A DNA stretch of 64,000 nucleotides, from NCBI GenBank assembly GCA_963840455.1, contig CAWIYV010000014.1, positions 512,001-576,000 on the forward strand, written 5' to 3'. The notes below the pieces were generated by a model. The model was not told where the DNA came from, made no database searches, and saw nothing but the letters and a program-made list of their open reading frames with translations. This document shows positions 18,439 to 27,766 of the stretch, piece after piece; the first letter of the stretch is position 1; the number at the start of each line of letters is the position of its first letter. The DNA is from Nitrospirota bacterium. Its GTDB lineage: Bacteria; Nitrospirota; UBA9217. The translations under genes and the position numbers were made by a program.

Positions 18439-20343
18439 TTAGTCCGTTACCAGTGTGAACTTTCCGTCCTCGATCCTGATGAGGAAAAGCTTCTTCTGCG
18501 CCTCGCCGCTCCCGGCGAAGGACGTGGTGCCGGAGATGCCCGGGAAGTCCTTCATGTTCAGGAGCCCTTCCTTGATGGCTGCCGGTGTGTCCTTCTTCGC
18601 CTCAAGGAGGGACAGGACCATGGCCGCGGCGTCATAGGCCTGGGCCGATAGGATGTCCGGCTCGTCCTGGTAGGCGGAGCGGTACGCGTCCACCACGGCC
18701 TTGACCGCGGGGTCCTGGTTCTCGGGGTAGAACCCGTCGACGATCACCGCGCCCTCGGCGTGCCTCCCGGCGCGCTCGATGAGGTCGGGCGTGTGCCAGT
18801 TGTTGGAACCGATGATCGGCTTGCCGGTGATGTTGTAGAATGCCAGCTGGGGGAGCAGCAGGCCCACTTTCTCGGCATAGCCCGGCAGGTAGAGGGCGTC
18901 GAAAGTCGGGACGTACATCTGGAACAGCTTCTTCCGCTCCTTGTCGTCCTCAGGGATGGGCAGCTTCTGTGACCGGAAGTCGATCTCGATGAGTTTGCGG
19001 ATATAGGGGCCGAAATCGTTGGTCTCCGGCGGATAGGTGATGGTCGCGAGGATTTCGGCCTTCCTCGCGAGGTCGCGGGTGAAGACGCGGGTCAGGTCGC
19101 GGCCGTAGGGGTCGTCGGGCTCGAAGATCACGAATTTTTTGAGGTTCTGCTTCAGGCCGTATTCGGCTGCCGCGGCTGCCTGGGCCGCATTGGTCAAGGC
19201 GTTCCGGAAGATCCAGGGGCTCAGCTCGGTCAGGCCCGTGCCGGGCGCGGTCGGTGTGAACACAGGCACCTGGACCTTCGCCAGGGACGGCGCCAGGGCC
19301 TCCACTTCCCTGCTCAGGAGCGGACCGATGACGGTGACGACGCCTTTCGCGGCCAGTTCGGCCAGGCCGGCGACTGCCTTCTCCGGAGAACCCTCTGTGT
19401 CCTTCACGATGAGCTCGACGCGGTTGTCGGCGTGCCTAATATTATACGAAAGGACCGCGAGCTGGATGCCTTTAAGGACCCGGTCGCCGAAGAACGAAGC
19501 AGGGCCTGTCTGGGGGACCAGGACGCCGAGGAGATACCGGGGAGCAGTGAGGCCGGCGGTTGCCTGGGCCAGCAGCATCTCGGCGCGCGTCCTGTCCGGG
19601 TGGCCGGGAAACTTTTCCTGGAAGGCCTTTACGGTAGAGACGGCGTCCTGATAGGCCCGCTGTTCGATCTGGAGCGCAGCGAGCCTTAACAGCGCAAGGT
19701 CGGACGGATAGGTCTTGCCCGCAGCCAGCGTACTGAGTTCGCTATCGGAAAGGTTCTTCTCCACGATCTCGCGGATGCGGTCGCGGTAGCCCGGCCGCTG
19801 CTTTTCCGGCGCGTTGTCCGCGAGGTATACGAATTCCCGGACCGCGGCAGGGTAGTTCTTTTTGATCACATACGATGCCGAAAGGATCTCGGCAATGCGC
19901 CGGAGCTTCGCCGGATCGGTGATCCTGGTCCGGTCCCCAAGGTTGTCGATGGCGAGGTCGTAGTCCTTCAGCTCGAAGTAGCACAGGCCGATCTTGTATT
20001 TTGCTTCGGCAATGAGCGAGGAGCCGGGATACCGCTCGATGAGCTTCTTGTAGTAGGTGAGCGCCTGCTTGTAGTTGCGGGTGGTAAACTGGATCTCCCC
20101 CATGAGGGAGAGGGCCCGGTCGGTGTACCTGCTCTCGGGATAGGTGGTGAAGAAACCCTCCACCGCCTTCGCCGCCTGCTCGTACTGCTTCTTGGCGAAC
20201 ATGGCCTCGGCATGGTCGATGAGCGCCTGGGCGTCCTTCTCCCACTGCGGCACCGGGACCAGCGCAGGTGCGCAGCCCATCGGGACGGCCGCGGCGATCA
20301 GCAGCAGGACCGCGAATATGGCGGTGACTGACCTCATCAGCAT
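18439..20343 (-). CDS. Lipoprotein with BamD/TPR N-terminus and periplasmic-binding fold (LpoA/LppC-like)
   Basis: Lipoprotein signal (PMGC), TPRs, VIGPLLS and AQAYDAA. Confidence 0.8.
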   Translation of the reverse strand: MLMRSVTAIFAVLLLIAAAVPMGCAPALVPVPQWEKDAQALIDHAEAMFAKKQYEQAAKAVEGFFTTYPESRYTDRALSLMGEIQFTTRNYKQALTYYKKLIERYPGSSLIAEAKYKIGLCYFELKDYDLAIDNLGDRTRITDPAKLRRIAEILSASYVIKKNYPAAVREFVYLADNAPEKQRPGYRDRIREIVEKNLSDSELSTLAAGKTYPSDLALLRLAALQIEQRAYQDAVSTVKAFQEKFPGHPDRTRAEMLLAQATAGLTAPRYLLGVLVPQTGPASFFGDRVLKGIQLAVLSYNIRHADNRVELIVKDTEGSPEKAVAGLAELAAKGVVTVIGPLLSREVEALAPSLAKVQVPVFTPTAPGTGLTELSPWIFRNALTNAAQAAAAAEYGLKQNLKKFVIFEPDDPYGRDLTRVFTRDLARKAEILATITYPPETNDFGPYIRKLIEIDFRSQKLPIPEDDKERKKLFQMYVPTFDALYLPGYAEKVGLLLPQLAFYNITGKPIIGSNNWHTPDLIERAGRHAEGAVIVDGFYPENQDPAVKAVVDAYRSAYQDEPDILSAQAYDAAAMVLSLLEAKKDTPAAIKEGLLNMKDFPGISGTTSFAGSGEAQKKLFLIRIEDGKFTLVTD

Positions 20344-20347
20344 CCGG

Positions 20348-20458
20348 TTACTTTACCTTCTTTGCGGCCGCCTCAGCCCTGGCGGTCTTGCTCTTCGCCC
20401 TCAAGGTCTCGGCTTTCCGCTTCCGCCTGCGGCGCAATTCACGTTCTCTTTCACGCAC
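20348..20458 (-). CDS. 36-aa basic protein (DUF6800-like), absent from the ORF track
   Basis: AAAGGAG RBS and GTG start; MRERERELRRRRKRKAETLRAKSKTARAEAAAKKVK. Confidence 0.7.
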   Translation of the reverse strand: MRERERELRRRRKRKAETLRAKSKTARAEAAAKKVK

Positions 20459-20748
20459 GATATGGTTCTCCTTTCGACAAAAATGGCCGATCAAATCAGC
20501 CTGCACACTATAGCGAAGACGGGCCGATTTGTCAATAAGTTCGCTGTGACAGGAGCCGGGATGCAGGGGCTGGGGCCAGGGGGCAGGGGAGCGGGGACAG
20601 AATTCCGGAGAGGTCGCTATTCTTTGTTGTTATCCTGACTCCTGGCTCCTGACTACTGATTTGTGAGTTCAGACTCCTGTCTTTAAACTTTTTCCCTTGA
20701 TTTCTTGAGGCTGATAGATTAGATTATACCCGCTTGTCAGCCAGTGAC

Positions 20749-20824
20749 GGGCGAGTAGCTCAGCTGGGAGAGCACCGCGTTCGCAATGCGGGGGTCGAGG
20801 GTTCGAATCCCTTCTCGTCCACCA
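20749..20824 (+). tRNA. tRNA-Ala(CGC)
   Basis: 76-nt cloverleaf, anticodon loop TT-CGC-AA, GTTCGAATC T-loop and encoded CCA. Confidence 0.95.
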
Positions 20825-20837
20825 ATCTTACAATCAC

Positions 20838-21048
20838 CTACAACCCCGCCGCAATTTCTTTCACACCCGACTGTGCTAAATTTGTGCTAATCCTGTCGAG
20901 TATGTCCACACCATCACGAAGGCTTTCTGAATAGTGGTGCGCGTAACGCTGTGTCATGGGAGGGGATTTGTGGCATATCAACATCTGCACCTTTTACAGA
21001 TCGACACCTGCCTGAGTAAGTTGTGTCGCAAAGGTGTGGCACAGATTG
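20838..21048 (-). pseudogene. Tyrosine integrase C-terminal remnant
   Basis: NLCHTFATQLTQAGVDL*KVQMLICHKSPPMTQRYAHH, with an in-frame stop and a degenerate RHTFAT/LGH/Y region. Confidence 0.85.
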
Positions 21049-21323
21049 CGGACTAATCGTTGATAATTACAGCGCGATCAACTTCCTGAAGTATTGATTC
21101 GGTTACATAAACGGATGGTGTAAGTCTCAACCAGAATCTTGTTTATCCGCCTGCTCCTTTTCGCTACGTCCTGCAATACCCCAAAAATACCCCATCGTAA
21201 TTTCCTCTGTTCTGCTATATTACAATTAAGTATTACATCGAACAACTTTCCTAGATGCACAAAATATTACTATTGTAGAATCCGCGTGTATCTTGCATTT
21301 AGTTTCTTTTAAGGATTAGGTTT

Positions 21324-21403
21324 TCCCGACAAAGCTAAACCCGTCGTGAGATGGGGACGGAAAGCAACGGGTCTTGGAATGCAAGACGGCCGGGCTGCCG
21401 AAG
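21324..21403 (+). ncRNA. GEMM-I cyclic dinucleotide riboswitch
   Basis: CGACAAAGCTAAACCCGTC-GTGA-GATGGGGACGGAAAGC...GGGTC...GACGGCCGGGCTGCCG. Confidence 0.9.
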
Positions 21404-21434
21404 GATGATGCCTTTGGTATGCCCGGCTTTTTTT
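21389..21434 (+). terminator. Riboswitch expression-platform terminator
   Basis: GCCGGGC-TGCCGAAGG...CCTTTGGTA-T-GCCCGGC-TTTTTTT, overlapping the aptamer 3' strand. Confidence 0.8.
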
Positions 21435-21578
21435 GTTGAGAGAAGCAAGGTCTATGATAAGCCTAACAATCCTAGGAGACGAGTTACTGACAAAACTGAA
21501 GTTGAAGGCGAAGAGATTAGTGGGACAATGAAATGGATTGGACACAGGCGAAAATTAAGCTAGCAAAGAAAGGAGGAA

Positions 21579-22697
21579 ATGACCATGAAACGCACAAGTG
21601 TAGTAGTAACGAGCAGTATGTTTTTATTCCTGAGTATAGCTGTCGTTCTGAGCAACTGTGGAGGCGGCGGAGGTGGTGGAGGTGGTGGTACTCCTGCGGC
21701 TCCTGTTAGTGAAGGCTCAATAGCGAGCCCGGTAAACCTCGGCACTGCGTCAACGACTTTGACGCATTCCGGGTCGATCGCCTCTTACGATACCAGTTTT
21801 TATAAATTTACGACAGGACCAACCGGCACCTATACTATCAGCCTTACAAATACAAAGTCAGACTTGGAATGGTCGCTGTGGAGCGATTCAGGATTTATCA
21901 CAATAGTGGTAGATTGCGATACCTTCTCCGGTGCTCACGATGAGATTTGCTCAGCTCCGTTGTCTGCGGGAACCACCTATTATCTGGCCGTTGACGAGTG
22001 GGACCACGTTGCTGGAGCGTATACTCTTACAATATCTCATTCTACACTGCCACTGGCCCCGTATATCGCTGCTCAGGTCCTCACCTGGACCGGCACCCCG
22101 CCCGCTGGCTTCCCGATCCTGACAGCTCAGGTATGCACTGACTGGAACTGTGGTACGCCCATCACCAACGCCGTTGTTACGATAAATTCAACGACGCTAA
22201 GTTACAATGCAGGCGTGTATGAAGCTTCCGGGCCGATGCCGGCCGCAGGCGCCGCAGTCAACTTAAGCGTGACGATCCCAGGCGGCTGGCCTGTTACGGA
22301 TGGTACGTACACAGCATCGGGCACGCAATATACGACAGTCCCGAGCGTCACGAGCCCCACGGCATCTGCAACGTGGGATCGTACAGTTGCCAACACCGTC
22401 ACCTGGACGGCCGGATCGCCGACCACAGCATCGGAATATCTTGTAGGCATTATGGATGATCTCGGCGATTTCTATCCGACCAATAATGGCCCTGTTCCGG
22501 TTTCGACCGCTTCCGCATCGTATATACTGCCTGCCAACAGCATCACAGCGCCAGCAGCCTATCACGTGTTCGTGGGAATCGGAACTCAAGGTATCATAGC
22601 GGGGACGGGAGGTATCAGTATATCGCCCAGCGCCACAACCGGTTCGGGGCTATGGATCGGCAGCATTTCATCAATCGTTGACATCACCGTGAACTGA
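21579..22697 (+). CDS. Thr/Ser-rich surface lipoprotein with PPC-like domain
   Basis: AGGAGG RBS, lipobox LSNC, poly-Gly linker and LSAGTTYYLAV. Confidence 0.85.
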   Translation: MTMKRTSVVVTSSMFLFLSIAVVLSNCGGGGGGGGGGTPAAPVSEGSIASPVNLGTASTTLTHSGSIASYDTSFYKFTTGPTGTYTISLTNTKSDLEWSLWSDSGFITIVVDCDTFSGAHDEICSAPLSAGTTYYLAVDEWDHVAGAYTLTISHSTLPLAPYIAAQVLTWTGTPPAGFPILTAQVCTDWNCGTPITNAVVTINSTTLSYNAGVYEASGPMPAAGAAVNLSVTIPGGWPVTDGTYTASGTQYTTVPSVTSPTASATWDRTVANTVTWTAGSPTTASEYLVGIMDDLGDFYPTNNGPVPVSTASASYILPANSITAPAAYHVFVGIGTQGIIAGTGGISISPSATTGSGLWIGSISSIVDITVN

Positions 22698-22761
22698 CAT
22701 GCGGGCAGGTTGATTTCTGATCAACCATCTAGATCTGATCGTCGTTCCCGGTAATATCCGT

Positions 22762-22794
22762 AAGGCGGCCTCGACCAAGAGGCCGCCTTTTTTT
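22762..22794 (+). terminator. Intrinsic terminator
   Basis: AAGGCGGCCTC...GAGGCCGCCTTTTTT. Confidence 0.85.
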
Positions 22795-23221
22795 GAATAA
22801 GTATATTTTATTGGATTAAAGCGCCCCAGGAACATACGGGCTCCTGGGGCTTTTGTGCTCATGAAGATTTCTATTAGAGCTTAGAAGAGTTTTGCCATTG
22901 TTTCGATCTACTCCTGAGTGTTCATGTGCATTTTTTCAACTGGTGTTCTGCACCTCCTATTCAAAAAGCAGCATTTCAAGTTTGTTTCATACAATCAGGT
23001 TCTTCCATACCCGTATCAGACTCTTGATCATATGACCTCCGAAGCGAGATTGCAGGGATAGGGGCGTTGAGTGCTGTACTAAAATTGTTCTAATAAATAT
23101 CGAAAAGGGCATAACAGGCAAGATAAACATAATTACCGAAGTGCTTCCACTTGCTTGATTATCAATATAAAATGGGAAACCAGAACCAAAGCAAGGGTTT
23201 CGCCAAAATTGCCTTTTCAAA

Positions 23222-23313
23222 TTCGCAATGCGGGGGCTGAGGGTTCGAATCCCTTCTCGTCCACCAATCTTACAATCACCTACAACCCTGCCGCAATTTC
23301 TTTTACACCCGAC
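23222..23313 (+). repeat. 92-bp direct repeat of 20780-20871 (tRNA-Ala 3' half plus 47 bp downstream), att-like
   Basis: Near-identical by eye, with about four mismatches. Confidence 0.92.
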
Positions 23314-23708
23314 GGTACTAATTCTGTGATCAATGTCCTATAATCTAACCCCCCCCCATTTATTATTGGTGCCCTCTCTTGCTTCCTGCTATACTTTAAT
23401 GTATCAGATCTCAGCAACCGTGAATCGATGGCTCCCGACAAAGCCAAACCCGACACTACTCACTGGACACGGAGAAGGAATCCAACCGGCTGCCCGCGCC
23501 GAGGGGGCCCTTTAGGTTGATCATACGGATTTACCAGCCGAGTTGGAGGTCCTCGAACACATGTGAAAGATGCCGCTGCGGGAACGAGTGAAGTGAGAAA
23601 GCAGATAACAATGAAAAGAGAGAATCATGAAAATAGCGTGCAGCATGATCGTACTCTTCCTTCCTACATTATCGCTCAGTCATACACAGGCCAAAGGAGG
23701 GAAAAGTC

Positions 23709-24464
23709 GTGGCAAGAGAAAGTCTGACAAGGGTATTAATGTATGGGCTTGTGTGTCTGACACTGGTACTTTCTAACTGTGGAGGCAGTGTAGGTGGGGG
23801 AGACGGTGGAGGTGGCGGTGTACCATCAGGCGCTATCGCAGGCACATGGTTTGGAACGCTGGAAGATGCAGATTTAGTTTTGCACAAACTCAAAGTCACT
23901 GCTCATACTAATAACACGGTAACGGATGAGTTCGTAGACGATTTAGCAACAAACGTTACTCATACTGTAGCGGCTGTGTCCGGTAAGACGCAGATTTTCA
24001 GCTTAACAGGGAGCGATGGCACAACTGGCGGCTTTTATGTGGACGGTAGTTTCACTCACGCAGTATTGGTAGATGATGGCGGGAATTTTGCTGTCATGCA
24101 AAAAGGCGCTACGAGCCATCCAACCTATACGACAAGCGATGCTGTGGGTACGTGGTCCGGGTTTGAAGTCGTCTTGAATGAAAATTACCGCGTCGTTGAC
24201 ACCTATAGCTCAACGGTGACCATTTCAACGTATCCAAACTTTTCAGTCAGTAATAAGAACGGCACTATCACGGGCTCGTTTTCTGACTTTGATCCAGAGT
24301 ATGGTGGGTATGGTGGTTTTTGGGCCGATATAACATCACCCATGATTGGCTATGCCGGGGTATTCATGACACCGGACAAAATGTTTTTCGGCGGGCATTC
24401 CTGTGCAAAAAACGGCTATTGGCCTTTTAAGGATTGCTCATTCTCTTCATGGAACAAACAATGA
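23709..24464 (+). CDS. Lipoprotein with Gly-rich linker
   Basis: AGGAGG RBS, GTG start and lipobox LSNC-GG. Confidence 0.85.
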   Translation: MARESLTRVLMYGLVCLTLVLSNCGGSVGGGDGGGGGVPSGAIAGTWFGTLEDADLVLHKLKVTAHTNNTVTDEFVDDLATNVTHTVAAVSGKTQIFSLTGSDGTTGGFYVDGSFTHAVLVDDGGNFAVMQKGATSHPTYTTSDAVGTWSGFEVVLNENYRVVDTYSSTVTISTYPNFSVSNKNGTITGSFSDFDPEYGGYGGFWADITSPMIGYAGVFMTPDKMFFGGHSCAKNGYWPFKDCSFSSWNKQ

Positions 24465-24694
24465 CAAAAATATTCATGGTATGAGCAACAGTCCATACCC
24501 ATATCAGACTCTTGATTATAGGACACCCGCAGTCGTCAGCCCAGGGGGTCGAGTCTGACTTATCGGTGATCCATCTAGCCGCCGTCGCTATCCAACGCAT
24601 CAACCGGAGACCGGACCTGATGAATATCGCCTGGTCCGGACCTGCTTGCAGGATCGGGCCGAGGACGGCCTTACGAAATCAGGGAAAACAAAAA

Positions 24695-25627
24695 GGTAAT
24701 TATCCCCTTAGAGGGACCAACTGTATACTTGGAGAAACACCTTCCAGGCACAGGAGGCCTCTATGGGGCTGTACGACTATCGATACTATCTTGCTGATGA
24801 GAATGAATGCCGCAAGCTTCTTCATGAGCTTCGCTGGCCTGGCGGCATAGAATGCCCACGCTGTGGCCATGAGTTTATCTGGAAGCTTGGAAGAAAAGAT
24901 CGCTATAAAAACAAATGTAGACGCTGTAAATATAAGTTTACAGAAACGTCGGGCACGATCTTTGAGAAGACCAGAACGCCTATCTCCAAATGGATCTGTG
25001 CCATCGGGCTCTTCAAGGTTGGGATTTCTGCCAACCAGCTGAAGGATGAGATTCGGGTCACATACAAGGCTGCCTGGCAGATGCTTGTCAAGATCAGAAA
25101 GGCCATTAAGGGTGACCATCTCACCAGCCAGCTGTCCGGCCACATTGAAGTCGATGAAGCCTACTTTGGCGGCCGACGCAAGGGGAAGCGCGGCAGAGGT
25201 GCTGCCGGGAAAACACCGGTCATCGGTATCATCCAGAGAAACGGGGATGTCAGAACGATTGCCATCCCCAATGTGAGAAGCAAGACGCTTCAGGCCCTTG
25301 TGAAGGAGCATGTTGAGGCAGGCAGCACGATCTATACTGACAACTATATCGGCTATAGAGGCCTTGATAATAGCGGCTTTTCTCATAAACTTGTCAATCA
25401 TCAGAAAGCTTTTGTATCTCGCAAAGGGCACCACACGAATTCGATTGAAGGCTTCTGGCGGTTATCGAAACACAAGCTGTATGCTCGATACCATAAAATC
25501 TCTAAAAAGCACTTGCCGTCCTATTTGGCAGAGTCGGAGTTCAAGTATAATGAGCGTTCACACCCTGATTTCATAAAACTGGTGCTCACGAAGCTCATAT
25601 TTCAGTCCCTCTAAGGGGATAATTACC
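24695..25627 (+). mobile_element. IS1595-family insertion sequence, apparently intact
   Basis: Perfect 23-bp TIRs GGTAATTATCCCCTTAGAGGGAC and 8-bp target duplication AACAAAAA (24687-24694, 25628-25635). Confidence 0.95.
24763..25614 (+). CDS. IS1595 family transposase
   Basis: Zn ribbon CPRC...CRRC, IEVDEAY, IYTD and HTNSIEGFW. Confidence 0.95.
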   Translation: MGLYDYRYYLADENECRKLLHELRWPGGIECPRCGHEFIWKLGRKDRYKNKCRRCKYKFTETSGTIFEKTRTPISKWICAIGLFKVGISANQLKDEIRVTYKAAWQMLVKIRKAIKGDHLTSQLSGHIEVDEAYFGGRRKGKRGRGAAGKTPVIGIIQRNGDVRTIAIPNVRSKTLQALVKEHVEAGSTIYTDNYIGYRGLDNSGFSHKLVNHQKAFVSRKGHHTNSIEGFWRLSKHKLYARYHKISKKHLPSYLAESEFKYNERSHPDFIKLVLTKLIFQSL

Positions 25628-25629
25628 AA

Positions 25630-25661
25630 CAAAAAAGCAGGCCGGAAACCGGCCTGCTTTT
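25630..25661. terminator. Bidirectional intrinsic terminator
   Basis: AAAAAAGCAGGCCGG-AAA-CCGGCCTGCTTTT. Confidence 0.8.
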
Positions 25662-25686
25662 GATCATTTAAAGCTCGTAGATCGGA

Positions 25687-26025
25687 CTACGGAAGGTCCG
25701 AACCTCCCACCGGGCTGAGAAGCGTGTCCCAGATCCTGGTGTTCTCGTCAACATTCGCCACTCCTCCTGCTGCCTCGCCTCTTGCTTCCGAATTGTCCAT
25801 TAAGAAGGCGTCATGATACAGGGCTGTACCAATCTCCATAGGAACTTCACGTTCTCCTTTCACCGCGAAGTCCTTGCTGATTGCAGTGTCAGGGGCAGCA
25901 AATGCGCTGACATACAATTCTGTGCCAACATCCTTTCCGGCCATGATGGGGAACTCATCTGCATAAGCCACTCCGACGGCTATCGTGAACGCCATCACTG
26001 TCAATATGGTAGTAAATATCTTCAT
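25687..26025 (-). CDS. Small secreted hypothetical protein
   Basis: GAGG RBS, signal peptide ending AYA, and an internal repeat (VGTELY / IGTALY). Confidence 0.7.
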   Translation of the reverse strand: MKIFTTILTVMAFTIAVGVAYADEFPIMAGKDVGTELYVSAFAAPDTAISKDFAVKGEREVPMEIGTALYHDAFLMDNSEARGEAAGGVANVDENTRIWDTLLSPVGGSDLP

Positions 26026-26279
26026 GGTTTATACCTCTCTTTCCATACAGCTTCATTGCTTGATTAGAGTATAGCACCGAACTGGCTATTGTCAAGAAAG
26101 TGCGCAACTAATTGACATTGGATGGAATATATAAGGTTTTAGGGGGAGGGGAGCAAAAGCGTCAAAACAGTGTCAATACAACCTTGTGTAAATTTTCTGC
26201 AAAGGGGATGATTGTCCATCCAAAGTATTAGCCATTGCATGGTCATCTCTTGACGCCTTTGTAGTTCGATGATTTAATT

Positions 26280-26389
26280 GAATCCAGGAGCGAGAGCATT
26301 CCCCGTAGCTTGCTGCGGGGTTCGTGAGCGATTAGAATAAATAGTACTACCTTGAGGATCGAGGATTCAGCTTGCTGCAGGGAGCTTCA
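26280..26389 (-). repeat. Copy of the ~112-bp repeat
   Basis: GAATCCAGGAGCGAGAGCATTCCCCGTAGCTTGCTGCGGGG...GAGGATCGA. Confidence 0.85.
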
Positions 26390-26486
26390 ATCATAATGCA
26401 GGCGGGCAGGCAGCAAATTACGAATCAATGCCTTGCAGGGAACATATGCAGGGTTTTTTCATTGGCATCAGATGAGGAGGATGGTT

Positions 26487-26759
26487 ATGACCATGCGGTT
26501 CCCGAGGCTCACGGGCAGGATATCTATCACCGAAGAGGAGGGGAAGGTCGTCATCGCCGGGGACCCCGAAGGCCTGCGGTCCTTCGGCAGGCTCCTGACC
26601 TGGCTCGGCGATGCTGACCAGGAGCAGTGGCCCTACCTGCCGCCTGGTGGCCATGCTCATATCCACGTCTACCCGAAGGACGACCTCAGCCCGGATTCGC
26701 GTGAGGTGGAGCTGATGCGTCTGGACGCAAAGCGATCCTCCGGATCTGCAGAGCAATGA
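26487..26759 (+). CDS. Imm32-like immunity protein
   Basis: IAGDPEGLRSFGRLL...HAHIHVYP...RLDAK. Family recalled from memory. Confidence 0.6.
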   Translation: MTMRFPRLTGRISITEEEGKVVIAGDPEGLRSFGRLLTWLGDADQEQWPYLPPGGHAHIHVYPKDDLSPDSREVELMRLDAKRSSGSAEQ

Positions 26760-26824
26760 AGCGTCTTCGGCGAGCACCCTCTCGCTCAACGCATCAGCGG
26801 AAGGCTCGATGATGCCCAGACCAT

Positions 26825-27532
26825 TCACTTCCTTCTTAATAGCCGCTCCAAACCCTTCTCCAACAGTTTTTCGGCGCCTGCCTTACCGACCTCGGTGCTC
26901 ACCTCAGCGAGGATGGCAGATACGATCTGCTTCGCCACTTCTTCCGGCGGCGCGCCATTCTTTCCGCCGATATCGGTCATTTCGATCCGCGATAGCGCGA
27001 CGGTCCGCGGCTTCCCGCCGAGCGCGGCAATGCGGATTTCAGTCTGGGCATTCTCGATCACGAGCCGCTTTATCCGGAGACGTTTTTCAACGCCCTTCCC
27101 GCCCCTGTCCCCGGTCCTCGACGGCTGGCCTGCCGCCAGGTTCTTCTTGAGCGCATCGACGTTCGCAACACCGGTTTCGTTCATCTCGTAGACCACCAGC
27201 GGAGCGGCGATGCGGATGTCGTCGATCACCACGGGGTTCGAAGCGATGGTGCGGGGAGCAATGCGGACGCTGATGCCGCCGAGCGAAAGGATATGGGGCG
27301 CCGAATACCCCGGCGGGTTTGCGACGGTCAGCCCCTCGATCGCCCCCTTGCCCTGCGCAGGACGGATGGATATGCGGTCGACCCGCACGGAGGTCCCTGT
27401 TGCTTGCGACCCGTAGCGTTCGATGGCGTTCTTGACGATCCCGTCGAGGTTTGTCCAGAGGAAGGTCAGGCCTGCGGCCAAGAGCAATCCGGCTGAGGCA
27501 AGGATCACGAGGAATTTCCGTGTGCGAGTCAT
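26825..27532 (-). CDS. AsmA/DUF748-like membrane-anchored protein
   Basis: N-terminal TM, AIERYGSQATGTSV and GLTVANPPGY. Confidence 0.7.
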   Translation of the reverse strand: MTRTRKFLVILASAGLLLAAGLTFLWTNLDGIVKNAIERYGSQATGTSVRVDRISIRPAQGKGAIEGLTVANPPGYSAPHILSLGGISVRIAPRTIASNPVVIDDIRIAAPLVVYEMNETGVANVDALKKNLAAGQPSRTGDRGGKGVEKRLRIKRLVIENAQTEIRIAALGGKPRTVALSRIEMTDIGGKNGAPPEEVAKQIVSAILAEVSTEVGKAGAEKLLEKGLERLLRRK

Positions 27533-27766
27533 ACTGTCTCCTGTGATGGCCGTTCGGTCATAAAACGCTGCGTCGTCCTGAGCACTCCCTTGCAAATGGA
27601 CCTTTATACCGGTTGCAATGCATGAGGTCAATCGAATCCCGTATCACGCGCAACGAGCGCAGAACCGCACAAGAGCCTTGTACTTCATTTAAGACATATT
27701 CCGCATCCGCATCTCCGGAAGAGTATCCGGTGGTTTTCAAAGCCTTCGGGAAACTCTCTCATTCTG

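Noticed and set aside
21659-21689. Phase-variable tract in the lipoprotein
   Set aside because: Mixed GGN codons encoding a poly-Gly linker, not a slippage-prone pure repeat.
23222-23265. Second tRNA gene
   Set aside because: Only the 3' half is present; it lacks the 5' acceptor strand and D-arm.
20825-24690. Prophage or active integrative element
   Set aside because: The integrase is a short stop-containing fragment; there are no phage or conjugation genes.
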